Source of the DNA: Candidatus Bathyarchaeota archaeon
GTDB lineage: Archaea > Thermoproteota > Bathyarchaeia > Bathyarchaeales > Bathycorpusculaceae
Assembly (NCBI GenBank): GCA_963767735.1
Contig: CAVYES010000005.1
Location: forward strand, 529,103 to 593,102
Length of the DNA stretch: 64,000 nt
Direction of reading: 5' to 3'
The notes under the pieces are model-generated. The model saw only the letters and a program-made list of their open reading frames with translations, did no database searches and was not told the DNA's origin. Shown here in pieces: positions 1 to 10,552 of the stretch; position 1 is the first letter of the stretch; the number at the start of each line of letters is the position of its first letter. Position numbers and translations under genes: made by a program.

Positions 1-90
1 CCTCCGAACGAGTTTAAAATTAATCCATGGTATAGTCTAAGACCTATCCTTAATGTTTCCTGATAGCTGTGTGCGCCGTTTTTCAAAAAT

Positions 91-315
91 TCAATCTCCA
101 TTAAAATTTATGGTATTCGCCCGTGTGTTGCATCGGAGATTGCATTTGTAAGTCAATTTATGTCCGCAAAACAAAGGGGTCTTAACGTTAAATAAGTTTG
201 AGACAAACCCACGATAATTTCTCATACCCAGCAAAAAATTCTCTATGTCATGGTGAATATTTTTTTCTTCCAACGAATAGTTGAGAACTCTCCCCATCCT
301 CCAAGAAGTTTGCAC
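91..315 (-). pseudogene. Truncated radical SAM N-terminal fragment
   Basis: PLFCGHKLTYKCNLRC resembles the start of a radical SAM protein, but the third Cys of CxxxCxxC is missing and the ORF stops about 13 codons later. Confidence 0.45.
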
Positions 316-389
316 TCTGCGAATTCAAATAGATAAAAACAAGTACTTTTCTTTTTTGTTTTGGAGAAAAAGAGAATTTTGCTCTCTTA

Positions 390-536
390 TTATTTTTTCT
401 TGAGTTCTTTCTTTATTCCCTTTCCAACGTCTTCAACGGCTTTAGCGCCTTTCTTGAGGCCTTTACCGACTGCCTCTCCAGTTTTTTCAGCAGCATTCTC
501 AACTTTTTTCTCAACCTTTTTCTTTTCGCCAGGCAT
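390..536 (-). CDS. Small Lys/Glu-rich 48-aa protein (not in ORF track)
   Basis: Read by hand: MPGEKKKVEKKVENAAEKTGEAVGKGLKKGAKAVEDVGKGIKKELKKK*, preceded by SD-like GAGGTGA. Confidence 0.7.
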   Translation of the reverse strand: MPGEKKKVEKKVENAAEKTGEAVGKGLKKGAKAVEDVGKGIKKELKKK

Positions 537-792
537 TCATATCACCTCTATATAGAGGTCGTTTATTGCCGAATTAAAGTTTGTGACTGTGTTGGCACGC
601 CGATTTTGTATATCGACCAAGGTTTTGACTGCGAAATTACATTTGCAAGGAAGAAATCGAGCTTTATGGCAAAATGCAGCTGGAAAGTCTGCGCTTAATG
701 CGGTTAAACTCTTTGCATCGGTTATTCGGAACTTGAGTCGGGGCAATAGTTTATAAACTAAAAAATTTTAATTATTATTTAGGTGAAGTTTT

Positions 793-1257
793 TTGAGTAA
801 CATAATTATTGCAAATATGACTTTGACAAGTCTGCTCGTAACCATCGTTGGCTTGATTATTCTGTGGATAATAGTCTCAATACCAGTGTGGTTAGCTGGC
901 AAAGCAGTGACTGGCGGAAAAGCCACCTTTGGCGAAGCTATGATTGCGACGCTGGTTGGCCCAATAGTTTACGCTATCACATTGTTTATAGTGGGTTACT
1001 TTCTCGGAGCGGTAATCGGTTCAGCGGCATACATAATCGCATTAATTTTAGCTCTTATAGCTTGGATATGGGTTTACAAAGCAAGTTTCAGAACGGGCTG
1101 GCTGGGCGGCATCGCAATAGCCATATTGGCATGGATAATCTTCATTGTAATAAGCATAATATTCGGAGCCCTCTTCGGCGTAGTAGTTCCCCACACATTC
1201 TTCCCCAAATCTATAGAATCACAACAAATACTAAACAGACTTACATTCGAACCATAA
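793..1257 (+). CDS. Hypothetical membrane protein (about 4 TM)
   Basis: Hydrophobic ORF with an AGGTGA SD upstream. Confidence 0.75.
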   Translation: MSNIIIANMTLTSLLVTIVGLIILWIIVSIPVWLAGKAVTGGKATFGEAMIATLVGPIVYAITLFIVGYFLGAVIGSAAYIIALILALIAWIWVYKASFRTGWLGGIAIAILAWIIFIVISIIFGALFGVVVPHTFFPKSIESQQILNRLTFEP

Positions 1258-1427
1258 GGCACTAAAAGAAAAAAGACAATAATCAGATAGCGTAAGCTTT
1301 GAGTTAGAATTGAATTGTCCAGCCGTACCTTTGAACATAGCAGGCGCTCTGTTGCTGTGTGCCTACAGCCACACAAGTTAAATAGCCACTTGCAAACTTC
1401 AGTGACTTAATTGTGGAGTTGTAGATT

Positions 1428-1754
1428 TTGGACGCGTTAGGTGAAGTATTTCATTTTATTACTTCTGGAAGCATAGCCGGCTTGCCACCAATTGTCTTAA
1501 TGATAATAATATTTGTCGTCGGATTGATTGTGGGTTATCTGGTCCATTTATTCCTAAAGATTGCCATTATAGCTGCAATTATCCTCTTCGTAGTTGCATA
1601 CTTCGGCTTATTCGGATTAAGCCTTAGCGCATTGAAAAATTACGCAACCCAATACGGATCAATAGTATATCAATACGGAGCACTCATTATAGGCATCCTA
1701 CCACTAACCATCGGATTCATAATAGGTCTAATCATCGGCTTCGTACTTTCGTAA
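1428..1754 (+). CDS. Small membrane protein (possibly FUN14-like)
   Basis: Three hydrophobic Gly-rich segments; GGAG SD. Confidence 0.7.
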   Translation: MDALGEVFHFITSGSIAGLPPIVLMIIIFVVGLIVGYLVHLFLKIAIIAAIILFVVAYFGLFGLSLSALKNYATQYGSIVYQYGALIIGILPLTIGFIIGLIIGFVLS

Positions 1755-1920
1755 ACTGAACAGCCGTTGGTCTAAGATACTAATTGTGAAATCAACACTT
1801 TTCCGTGATCGAAATAGGATTTTTTTTAAATTGAAGCATGTGATATCAAGAAATTTCGATTTGTCCTCACTTATAGGAAAAGAATTAAATTTCTTGTGTG
1901 TTAAATCAGAATAAGGTACT

Positions 1921-3939
1921 TTGATGAGAGATCTTGAAAGCCGACTAATCCACCTGCTGAGAAGCGATTCTTATCTTGCGCCGTTTTCCAGTCAGATTCT
2001 ACATAGGTTGGAGCGTCTCGAAGAGACGGAGCAGCGTCTCACAGATGGGAAAATGAGCCTTGCAGACTTTGCGTCGGGTCACGAATATTTCGGTCTACAT
2101 TTCCGACGAGGCGAATGGGTTTTCCGTGAATGGGCGCCCAATGCAACGTCGATTTACCTGATAGGAGACATGAGCGGATGGCAAGAGCAAAGAGAATTTG
2201 AGCTGGCAAAGATCAACGATTCTGGTGTCTGGGAATTTCATCTGGCCGCCGGCAAATTGTCTCATGGTGATCTTTTTCGGCTCCGTATTCATTGGGCAGG
2301 AGGCGAAGGTGATCGTATTCCAGCTTATGCCAGACGAGTTGTTCAGGACCCCAAAACTTTGATTTTCAACGCCCAAGTCTGGTCGCCTCCGGAACCGTAT
2401 TGCTGGAAAACCGATTTCAAACACCCTAAAGAGGCTCCGTTAATCTATGAAGCACACGTCGGTATGGCACAAGAAGAAGAAAAAATCGGTTCCTTCCGTG
2501 AATTTACCCAAGGCGTGCTTCCGCGAATCGTCAACGCTGGTTACAACACGTTACAGTTAATGGCTATTCAGGAACATCCTTACTATGGATCATTTGGATA
2601 TCAGGTGTCAAGCTTTTTCGCCCCTTCATCGCGGTATGGGACGCCTGAGGATTTGAAACTCCTAATTGACACGGCTCACGCCCAAGGGCTCACCGTTTTT
2701 ATGGATCTGATTCATTCTCACTCCGTGTCCAACGAGGTGGAGGGATTAAGCTACTTCGACGGGACACCATTTCAGTATTTTCATGGGGGGCCACGTGGGA
2801 AGCATGCGGCATGGGATTCACGTGTTTTTGATTACGGCAAAACTGAGGTTTTGCATTTCTTGCTTTCTAATTGTCGATATTGGCTAGACGAATTCCACTT
2901 TGACGGCTTTCGATTCGACGGCGTCACCAGCATGCTCTACCTAGACCATGGTCTCAAAAGAGAATTCACTTCTTACAACGATTACTTTGACAGCAACGTG
3001 GATGAAGATGCATTAACCTATTTGGCTCTGGCGAACCGGGTGGTTCACGCTGTTCGACGCAGCGGCGTCACCATAGCCGAAGATGTCAGCGGGATGCCTG
3101 GTTTGGCGGTTCTACAGAAAGAGGGTGGGATAGATTTCGATTATCGCTTTGCAATGGGAGTACCCGACTATTGGATTCGCCTCGTAAAAGATTTCAAAGA
3201 TGAGGATTGGCCCATCGGTCATCTATGGTTTGAACTAAACAACCACAGGAAAGATGAGAAAACCATCAGTTACGTCGAATCACACGACCAGGCGTTAGTA
3301 GGAGATCAGACACTTATTTTCCGACTCATCGGCGAAGACATGTATCATCATATGCGGATCGATGATGACAACTTTAGGGTTGCCCGTGGAATGGCGTTGC
3401 ACAAGATGATCCGTTTGATAACCCTTGCCACCGCAGACCGCGGATATCTAAACTTTATGGGCAACGAATTCGGTCACCCAGACTGGATAGATTTTCCACG
3501 CGAAGGGAACAACTGGTCATTCAAATTTGCTCGCCGACAATGGCATCTAGAAGACGATGTTAACCTGAAGTATCATTTGCTAGCCCGATTCGACCGCGAC
3601 ATGATATCGCTCGCTCAGAAACACCGTTTTCTCGAAGGTTCCATCCCGCAACTGCTGCATGAAGATTCCTCACAAAAAATTATCATTTTCAAAAGAGCTA
3701 ATCTGGTTTTTGCCTTCAATTTTCATCCCTCTCAATCCTTTACTGATTACCGATTTGAAGCTCCACCTGGAAAATACATGATGATCCTAGACTGTGACGC
3801 GCAAAAGTACGGCGGATATGGCAGGCTGTTGCCGCAACAGACTCACTTCACTTTGTTGGACGCTACGGAAGCAAAAAGCCGAAATATGCTCAGTCTCTAT
3901 TTGCCAGCTCGCTCCGCTTTTGTCCTATGCCCGACATAG
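1921..3939 (+). CDS. glgB: 1,4-alpha-glucan branching enzyme (GH13_8-type)
   Basis: FREWAPNA, YEAHVG, GFRFDGVTSM, AEDVSG and ESHDQALVGD motifs. Confidence 0.95.
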   Translation: MMRDLESRLIHLLRSDSYLAPFSSQILHRLERLEETEQRLTDGKMSLADFASGHEYFGLHFRRGEWVFREWAPNATSIYLIGDMSGWQEQREFELAKINDSGVWEFHLAAGKLSHGDLFRLRIHWAGGEGDRIPAYARRVVQDPKTLIFNAQVWSPPEPYCWKTDFKHPKEAPLIYEAHVGMAQEEEKIGSFREFTQGVLPRIVNAGYNTLQLMAIQEHPYYGSFGYQVSSFFAPSSRYGTPEDLKLLIDTAHAQGLTVFMDLIHSHSVSNEVEGLSYFDGTPFQYFHGGPRGKHAAWDSRVFDYGKTEVLHFLLSNCRYWLDEFHFDGFRFDGVTSMLYLDHGLKREFTSYNDYFDSNVDEDALTYLALANRVVHAVRRSGVTIAEDVSGMPGLAVLQKEGGIDFDYRFAMGVPDYWIRLVKDFKDEDWPIGHLWFELNNHRKDEKTISYVESHDQALVGDQTLIFRLIGEDMYHHMRIDDDNFRVARGMALHKMIRLITLATADRGYLNFMGNEFGHPDWIDFPREGNNWSFKFARRQWHLEDDVNLKYHLLARFDRDMISLAQKHRFLEGSIPQLLHEDSSQKIIIFKRANLVFAFNFHPSQSFTDYRFEAPPGKYMMILDCDAQKYGGYGRLLPQQTHFTLLDATEAKSRNMLSLYLPARSAFVLCPT

Positions 3940-4001
3940 AAGGTTAATATTAAAACTGCACATTATAGAGATGCTTTATCAGCCTATGAGTCATGGAATG
4001 T

Positions 4002-5033
4002 CTAGCCGAAGAATGTTGCTGCTATGTCGTAGAGCTTAGAATCAACTGTTTTCAGTTTACCGATAACGTCTTTTAAGGGCACGGATACCATGGCGTTTCC
4101 TTGGATGGCAACCATCTGGCCGAATCTGCCCTCATGCACTAGGTCAATCGCAGCGATTCCAAATCGGGTGGCTAAAACCCTGTCAAACGCTGTCGGAGAA
4201 CCACCGCGTTGAAGATGACCCAGAACCACCACCCTAGTTTCAATGTTTTCGCAGCTCTTCTCTACTTCCTTCCCTATGTAGAAACCCACGCCGCCAAACC
4301 TTACATGCCCAAACTCGTCTACCCCACTACTATAAAGGATCTCTTCGCCACCTTTTGGTTTAGCGCCTTCAGCGGCAACTATTATGCTGAAGTTTCGACC
4401 GCGTTTTTGCCTCTTTTTGATGCAATCGCAGACTTCTTCAATGTCAAAGGGCTTTTCAGGAATCAGAATGTCGTCTGCCCCTCCGGCAATCCCTGCCTCC
4501 AAGGCGATCCAACCGGTGTGTCTACCCATAACTTCAAGGATTAATACCCTGTGATGCGCTTCTGCCGTTGTATGAAGCCTATCGAGTGCTTCACAAGCAA
4601 TTGCAACCGCCGTTTGAAAACCAAAGGTATAGTCCGTGCCAACAAGGTCATTGTCGATCGTTTTTGGGACTCCGACGACGGGAAGCCCCATTTCGTATAG
4701 TTTGTAGGCTACACCAAGCGTATCTTCTCCGCCTATTGCGATAACTGCTTCAATGCCGTTCTCGGAAACGTTTTTCAGGATATATTTTGCTCCGTCTTCG
4801 CTCTTGAAAGGGTTGGTCCTCGACGTGCCTAGTATTGATCCGCCCTTGGGAAGCAGGCCTGTAATGGTATTCAGGTCTAAGGGGATGAATTCACCTTCGA
4901 TTAATCCTTTCCAGCCGTCTTTAATGCCTACAGTTTCATATTCGTAGTCTTGAATTGCTTTTCTAACGATGGCTCTTAGGGCGGCGTTGATTCCAGGTGC
5001 GTCTCCCCCGCCGCTCAATATACCAACTTTCAT
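4002..5033 (-). CDS. pfkA: 6-phosphofructokinase, PfkA family (PPi-type signature)
   Basis: GGDAPGIN, GGEDT, PKTIDND, EVMGRHTG and LGHLQRGG motifs. Confidence 0.93.
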   Translation of the reverse strand: MKVGILSGGGDAPGINAALRAIVRKAIQDYEYETVGIKDGWKGLIEGEFIPLDLNTITGLLPKGGSILGTSRTNPFKSEDGAKYILKNVSENGIEAVIAIGGEDTLGVAYKLYEMGLPVVGVPKTIDNDLVGTDYTFGFQTAVAIACEALDRLHTTAEAHHRVLILEVMGRHTGWIALEAGIAGGADDILIPEKPFDIEEVCDCIKKRQKRGRNFSIIVAAEGAKPKGGEEILYSSGVDEFGHVRFGGVGFYIGKEVEKSCENIETRVVVLGHLQRGGSPTAFDRVLATRFGIAAIDLVHEGRFGQMVAIQGNAMVSVPLKDVIGKLKTVDSKLYDIAATFFG

Positions 5034-5321
5034 CTTATCTTCTCCCCTTTTGTTACTATCCTTTCTGCCTATTCAACAAAATGTAGCTTGATGCTATTAT
5101 AGATAGGAGTAACTGGACATTAATTCAACCAGTTATGAGTACGAAAATTGGATTGGAATATTTTTTGGATAATAGGTTACCGTCAGACCCGTCATAGGCA
5201 TCTTGTCACTACGAGTAAACATTTGACCTCAAAAAAAGACGGGGTTCGCGGAGAAATAAGCTGGAGTAGGGAGGAATCCTTTCTTTCGAGGAAGATCTAT
5301 GCATTCACAGGGTTGAAACGG

Positions 5322-5555
5322 TTATTGATAGGTTTTATGTCTGTCGCTTGTTTCTTTGCTCACTTTGGTTTTTCCTAAACCGCCGTTGTGTGCGCTCAAC
5401 ACGAATTGCAGCGTATTTTCCTTGAAAAATTCTCTAAATTGATTTCCACATTTACTACACTTATACATCTTAACTCGGAATCGCCCAAAGTCCCACTCCT
5501 TTTCAGGTTCTTTCACATGGGCTGCACAATTTGGACATTTCGGCATAACTTTCAA
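5322..5555 (-). CDS. Small zinc-ribbon protein, Cren7-like
   Basis: CPNC...PEKEW...VKMYKCSKCGNQFR; probable start at MPKCPNC. Confidence 0.65.
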   Translation of the reverse strand: MKVMPKCPNCAAHVKEPEKEWDFGRFRVKMYKCSKCGNQFREFFKENTLQFVLSAHNGGLGKTKVSKETSDRHKTYQ

Positions 5556-5608
5556 CCTGCTAAGCTAAAAGACAAAATTGCTATATATACGCATTTCAAG
5601 CGATATCC

Positions 5609-5872
5609 TTAAGGCTGATTTGCGTTTCCGAAAATGGGTAATTTAACCCTGAGTGGCGAATTTAGATCATAATCCGTCTTATCCTCTGTTAGGGGCAAGT
5701 TTGAATTGTCGTCTCTGTTTTTTTCCGCGAGATTGGCGTATCCCGTTTCCGTTTCATTTAGCTTCTCGGGAACTTTCTTGTTCGCACCTGTGTATCGTCT
5801 CACTTCTTTTACGGGAGATTTTTGTGGCTTTTTTTCTTGTTCATCAGTCTTCACGCTTTCTTTTTCACTCAT
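5609..5872 (-). CDS. Hypothetical hydrophilic protein
   Basis: 87-aa ORF with GAGGTG SD. Confidence 0.55.
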   Translation of the reverse strand: MSEKESVKTDEQEKKPQKSPVKEVRRYTGANKKVPEKLNETETGYANLAEKNRDDNSNLPLTEDKTDYDLNSPLRVKLPIFGNANQP

Positions 5873-5955
5873 GTTCTTTCACCTCGGCTTTTCGGTTTTT
5901 CTATTTTTCGAACAAAATAGTTAGTGAAGATAATGCACTTTTAGAATTGGATCCG

Positions 5956-6264
5956 TTAAGGCTTTAGTTCTCTGTCTTCCCTGTAGTCTCTATCCTCGTG
6001 TACTTCCTCTTCAGCTTCGTCTTCGTTTTCTTCTTCAGCCTCGCTTGCTTCTTCACCTTCAGCCATTGCTCTGTCTTCAGCTTCACCTTTTGGCGGATAA
6101 GCTTTATCCAACCAAACTTCAAACTGTGTCTTGCTGTCCGAGCTAGAAAAAGCCCATTTGCACAATCCACTAATGACCTTGCTAACATCAATGTCACGGT
6201 CGTCAGCTAAACGTTTCAAAAACTCTTCCCAATTTGCAGGTAAAGACACTGAGAAACTACCCAT
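5956..6264 (-). CDS. Hypothetical protein with RHH-like N-terminus and acidic tail
   Basis: SFSVSLP..WEEFLKRLA...VSKVI pattern; Glu-rich C-terminus; GGAG SD. Confidence 0.6.
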   Translation of the reverse strand: MGSFSVSLPANWEEFLKRLADDRDIDVSKVISGLCKWAFSSSDSKTQFEVWLDKAYPPKGEAEDRAMAEGEEASEAEEENEDEAEEEVHEDRDYREDRELKP

Positions 6265-6431
6265 TCAAAAACGATCTCCACTATCATCTTAGTGTCAAGT
6301 AATATTTAAGTTTCAATGCACGTGAGAATTTTTACGCTCAGAAATTTACTTCAATTTTCTTCGTTTATTTGATAGGCTTAAAGTTCCTAAAGACCAAATA
6401 GACTGGCTCGAAAAACTGGTAATTACCTAAT

Positions 6432-6584
6432 CTATCTTTGTTCTTTTAACTGTTGCAGGCGTTTGGCGACTTCTTTGGAAATTTTTTCTAAACCCACCGC
6501 TAATTCTTCACGATCAACTTCGTCTAAGGGGTACAATTTTCCTTCTTTATCGATGAAAACAAGTTCCAATTTCTTGTTAACCAT
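6432..6584 (-). CDS. Small 50-aa hypothetical protein (not in ORF track)
   Basis: MVNKKLELVFIDKEGKLYPLDEVDREELAVGLEKISKEVAKRLQQLKEQR*, with GGTGGAG SD. Confidence 0.6.
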   Translation of the reverse strand: MVNKKLELVFIDKEGKLYPLDEVDREELAVGLEKISKEVAKRLQQLKEQR

Positions 6585-6673
6585 TATCTCCACCCGTTAA
6601 TCATATTATTATTTGTTTACGCATCGCTTAAACTTCTCTTGCTCATTACTCCATCCAGGCAAACGTAACTTGC

Positions 6674-6945
6674 TTGAATTGCCCTTCTACAAAGAGCAAG
6701 ACTTTGCAGGATAACCCGTTTAAAATTTTGGATGTGAAAGGGGTTGGCAGGTTGATGTCTATCACTGTTGAGTGGGGATGCAAAACAAGGCCTGAATCTC
6801 AAAATTGGAATTACGGTGAACAGGGCGGAGAGCCATCATCAATCGAGTTTTGTCACAGAATAAACTTGGATTACGTCAGTTGCTCACCTACAGGTTCTAG
6901 CGGCGCGATTGGCAGCGGCGCAAGCGAGCATTAAGAAAAAGAAGG
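6674..6945 (+). pseudogene. ppdK: C-terminal fragment of pyruvate phosphate dikinase
   Basis: DNPFKILDVKGVGRLM...GEQGGEPSSIEFCHRINLDYVSCSP, then a frameshifted ARLAAAQA; the rest of the gene is absent. Confidence 0.8.
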
Positions 6946-6978
6946 GCATGATAAAACCATTGGCATGATAAAACCATT
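6945..6978 (+). repeat. 17-bp tandem duplication
   Basis: GGCATGATAAAACCATT x2. Confidence 0.9.
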
Positions 6979-7046
6979 CCAATAAAGCCTATCCTGTCTT
7001 CTTTTGTCGTCTAATTTTTCGGCTAATAGCCTACCCTTTCATCCTG

Positions 7047-7394
7047 TTATATTGTGTAGTTGTCGCCTGTTTTGCTTTCTTCCGTTGTATAAAAGGTTGA
7101 GCAAAGCTTGCAGAAGTCAAGTGTTACTTCGTCCCAGGTTGTTTCTTGTTTTGCGAGGCGTTTAGCGGTTTCTTTGGCTTCTGCTTGGATTCTGGGTAGG
7201 ATGTCGGTGAATTGTTGGGTGCCTTTGATTGCCCGTTTGGAGTTTATGTATTGGCTTACGGCTGCTTGGGTGGTTTTGAGTTTCTTTGCCGCTTCAACCT
7301 GTGTTAAATGGTAAGTGTTGATGAGTTCTTTGGCGACAAGGGACCTGAAGACTGGAAGCACGTATTTTCCTATGGTTTCGCATCGAGCACTCAT
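7047..7394 (-). CDS. Archaeal HTH transcriptional regulator (COG2522-like)
   Basis: CE...VLPVFRSLVAKEL...LTQVEAAKKLKTTQAAVSQY..KR, with C-terminal FCKLC. Confidence 0.85.
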   Translation of the reverse strand: MSARCETIGKYVLPVFRSLVAKELINTYHLTQVEAAKKLKTTQAAVSQYINSKRAIKGTQQFTDILPRIQAEAKETAKRLAKQETTWDEVTLDFCKLCSTFYTTEESKTGDNYTI

Positions 7395-7408
7395 TTTGAT
7401 TCAGCAAA

Positions 7409-7423
7409 TATAACAGCATTATA
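7409..7423. promoter_or_regulatory. Candidate operator upstream of the HTH regulator
   Basis: TATAAC AGC ATTATA, one mismatch to TATAAC-N3-GTTATA. Confidence 0.55.
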
Positions 7424-7606
7424 CCTTAATAAATTAAATGGCAAAGCGTGCACTTGGCCTTTTTTTTCCAATAGACCAACTTATGGCAAATTATGAATCA
7501 TATCGACGTAAAATTGGTAATTAGCTAAAATGGCTGGACCACCTACTTATCCTGAATTATTGTTTTTTTTCTTATTATTTTGTTCGGTTTTGTGAAGTAA
7601 AGCTTT

Positions 7607-7637
7607 TATAACACCGTTATATTATAACATTGATATA
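7607..7637. promoter_or_regulatory. Tandem candidate operators upstream of cysK
   Basis: TATAAC ACC GTTATA (perfect) and TATAAC ATT GATATA. Confidence 0.65.
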
Positions 7638-7653
7638 ACAGGTGAATTAAAAA

Positions 7654-8602
7654 ATGACAAAAATCGCAAATAACGTTTTAGAAACAATCGGCAACACACC
7701 ATTAGTACGCTTAAACAAACTAACAAAAGACACAAAAGCCACAGTTGTAGGCAAACTTGAAGCACGCAACCCCGGAGGAAGCGTAAAAGACCGCATTTGC
7801 TTCAGCATGATAGTTGAAGCAGAAAAACAAGGCTTAATCAAACCGAACACTGTAATTATTGAACCGACAAGCGGAAACACAGGCATCGGCCTAGCCATGG
7901 TAGCGGCGGTAAAAGGCTACAAACTCATCTTAACAATGCCAGAGACCATGAGTATCGAAAGACGCAACCTGCTCAAAGCTTACGGTGCAGAGTTAGTTTT
8001 AACTCCTGGTCCAGAAGGCATGAGCGGAGCCATAAGAATAGCTGAAGAATTGGCAGCAAAAACCCCTAACTCGTTCGTACCTCAACAGTTCAAGAACATA
8101 GCAAACCCCAAAATTCACAGAGAAACCACAGGGCCAGAAATCTGGAATGATACAGACGGGAAAGTAGACATTCTAATATCTGGTGTCGGTACAGGCGGAA
8201 CAATAACTGGGGTAGCACAGTACATAAAACCACTTAAAGCCCAATTTCAAAGCAATAGCCGTAGAGCCAGCAGCTTCACCAGTTCTAAGCGGAGGCAAAA
8301 AGGGACCACACAAAATCCAAGGAATAGGCGCAGGTTTCGTGCCTGACGTTTTAAAACGTGATTTAGTTGATGAAATCATACAGGTTAAGGATGAAGATGC
8401 ACTTCAAACAGCTCGACAATTAGCCAAGCAGGAAGGTTTACTTGTTGGCATATCCTCAGGCGCAGCAGTTTTTGCAGCAATCGAAGTAGCTAAAAGAAAG
8501 GAAAACGAAGGCAAACTCATAGTAGTCATCCTTCCAGACACAGGCGAACGCTACCTCAGCACAATACTGTTCCAAGAACCAGCTCCCACGCCATCTCTCT
8601 AA
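7654..8602 (+). CDS. cysK: Cysteine synthase A (frameshift near 8240)
   Basis: [28 protein letters not shown] and PDTGERYLS across two frames. Confidence 0.93.
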
Positions 8603-8695
8603 CCTTTTTTCTTTTTTGTTAGCAAAAAACTCATAAGTCTATGTTTTATTGGCTGACTGGTCACAATTCATCTCGCAAAATAGGGGGTAAAGTAT

Positions 8696-9919
8696 TTGGA
8701 TGTTAACAAAATTCGAGAAGACTTTCCGATTCTAAAGCGTAAAATAAACGACAATACTTTAGTGTATTTTGACAATGCGGCAACTTCACAAAAACCAATA
8801 CAAGTAATCAACGCTATAGTGGATTTCTACGAGAACCATAACGCCAATACCGGCAGAGCCGTCCATACGCTTTCTCAAGAAGCAACAGAGATGCAAAAAG
8901 AAGCCCGCGAAAAAGTCGCACACTTCATAAACGCCGCAGATAACGAAGTTGTTTTTGTTAGGGGCACCACCGAAGCAATCAATTTAGTTGCTTACTCGCT
9001 GGGTCTGCATACGCTGAAAAAAGGTGATGAAATCTTGATTTCAATGATGGAGCACCATAGCAACATTGTGCCCTGGGATATAATTTCGCGATTAAGCGGT
9101 TTAAAAGTCAAATATGTGAACGTTAACGATGACGGTTCGCTGAATTATGAAGACTTTGAAAGCAAATTATCCAATAAAACTAAAATTGTTTCTTTAACTC
9201 ATGTTTCAAACGTAACCGGCGCAATTAACTACATTAAAAAAATAGCTCGGGCGGCACATGATCATGGCGCATTAATGTTTGTCGATGGGGCTCAGTCTGT
9301 TCCACACTTGCCCGTTGATGTTAAAGATTTAGATATCGATTTTTTAGCGTTCTCTGGTCATAAAATGCTTGGACCAACAGGAATAGGCGTACTTTACGGC
9401 AAAGCGGAGATTCTTGAAAAGATGGCTCCTTTCCAAGGTGGTGGAAGCATGATAAGCGATGTTTCTTTCAGCAAGGAACAAGGGCAATGTAATATTGCTT
9501 TTAATAGTTTGCCTGGGAAATTTGAGGCTGGTACGCCCGATATTTCCGGTATTGTAGGTTTAGGCGCTGCCGTTAAATATCTTGAGCAAATAGGGCAAAA
9601 GGAAGTCTTCGAGCATGAGAGACTTTTAACTAATTACGCAATTAAGAGAATGCGTGAACTCAAGAACGTTGTTATTTACGGGCATAGTGATGAATCCTTG
9701 AGCAGTGGAATTATTCCATTCAACGTTGAAGGCTTATCATCTCACGATGTTGCCCTCTTTCTTGACAACTACGGCATAGCCATTAGAAGCGGTTTTCACT
9801 GTGCACAGCCGCTGCATCAAATTTTCAAGTTGCAGTCAACTGCACGGGCAAGTTTCTACATATACAACACACTTGAGGAGATTGACCGTTTTGCGGATAT
9901 TTTAAGAAAAGTTGTATAA
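8696..9919 (+). CDS. sufS: Cysteine desulfurase, SufS family
   Basis: YFDNAATSQKP, EHHSN, FSGHKM and RSGFHCAQP motifs. Confidence 0.93.
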   Translation: MDVNKIREDFPILKRKINDNTLVYFDNAATSQKPIQVINAIVDFYENHNANTGRAVHTLSQEATEMQKEAREKVAHFINAADNEVVFVRGTTEAINLVAYSLGLHTLKKGDEILISMMEHHSNIVPWDIISRLSGLKVKYVNVNDDGSLNYEDFESKLSNKTKIVSLTHVSNVTGAINYIKKIARAAHDHGALMFVDGAQSVPHLPVDVKDLDIDFLAFSGHKMLGPTGIGVLYGKAEILEKMAPFQGGGSMISDVSFSKEQGQCNIAFNSLPGKFEAGTPDISGIVGLGAAVKYLEQIGQKEVFEHERLLTNYAIKRMRELKNVVIYGHSDESLSSGIIPFNVEGLSSHDVALFLDNYGIAIRSGFHCAQPLHQIFKLQSTARASFYIYNTLEEIDRFADILRKVV

Positions 9920-9963
9920 CGTGGGTTCAATATTTTTCTATATATAATTTTCTTTTTATTTTT

Positions 9964-10552
9964 TTATTGATTTCTCGCTTTTAATTGTTGTATTTCATTG
10001 TATATTTCGTTCCAGTTGTAAACTCGTTTTGTTAGGTTTTTAACGTTTAATGTTTTGTTCCATGGTTGATCGTAAACTAGAACATTTTTGACTTTTTGCG
10101 TCCATCCTAATGCTTCTTCAAGCGAATCTTCCACGATCAGATCTAATGGGTCAACTTTTGCAAGATATTTTTCACCCATATTTAAAAGGTGCAGTTGAGT
10201 GTATGGTACGCCTTTTTCTTTTAGCCAAGACTGCGTTATGTCTCGGAGAATGGTCGTATCGGCTTGTTAATAGATAGATGTTATGGCCTTCCCGGCTTAG
10301 TCGTTCTCTAAGGTTTCTTTGGCGCCTGAAGTTTAACGGTAAATCTTTCTTTAAAACTTCAATTATCAGTTGCTTTCCTTCAGATTTGGTTATTCCTAAA
10401 ACAATGTTTAAGTCAAAACAGTAAATGTCTGTTTTCTTTAAAGCTAAACCGTAATTCTTCTTTATCGTTTCCAGAAGCGCTTGCGAGAAATCCGCGATTA
10501 CTCCATCAATGTCAAAGCCTAAATTCATCTTCCGTTTCCCATTTGAAACCAT
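9964..10552 (-). CDS. HAD-family 5'(3')-nucleotidase-like protein (NT5C), frameshifted
   Basis: GFDIDGVIAD, LLTSR, IVEDS, DQPWN and RVYNWNEI across frames. Confidence 0.75.

Noticed and set aside
361-746. ORFs 361..555(+) and 537..746(-)
   Set aside because: The first is the antisense shadow of the 390..536 gene; the second has no recognisable features.
8230-8250. Programmed frameshifting in cysK and other split genes
   Set aside because: No shared slippery motif, and the shifts are spread across unrelated genes; error is the simpler explanation.
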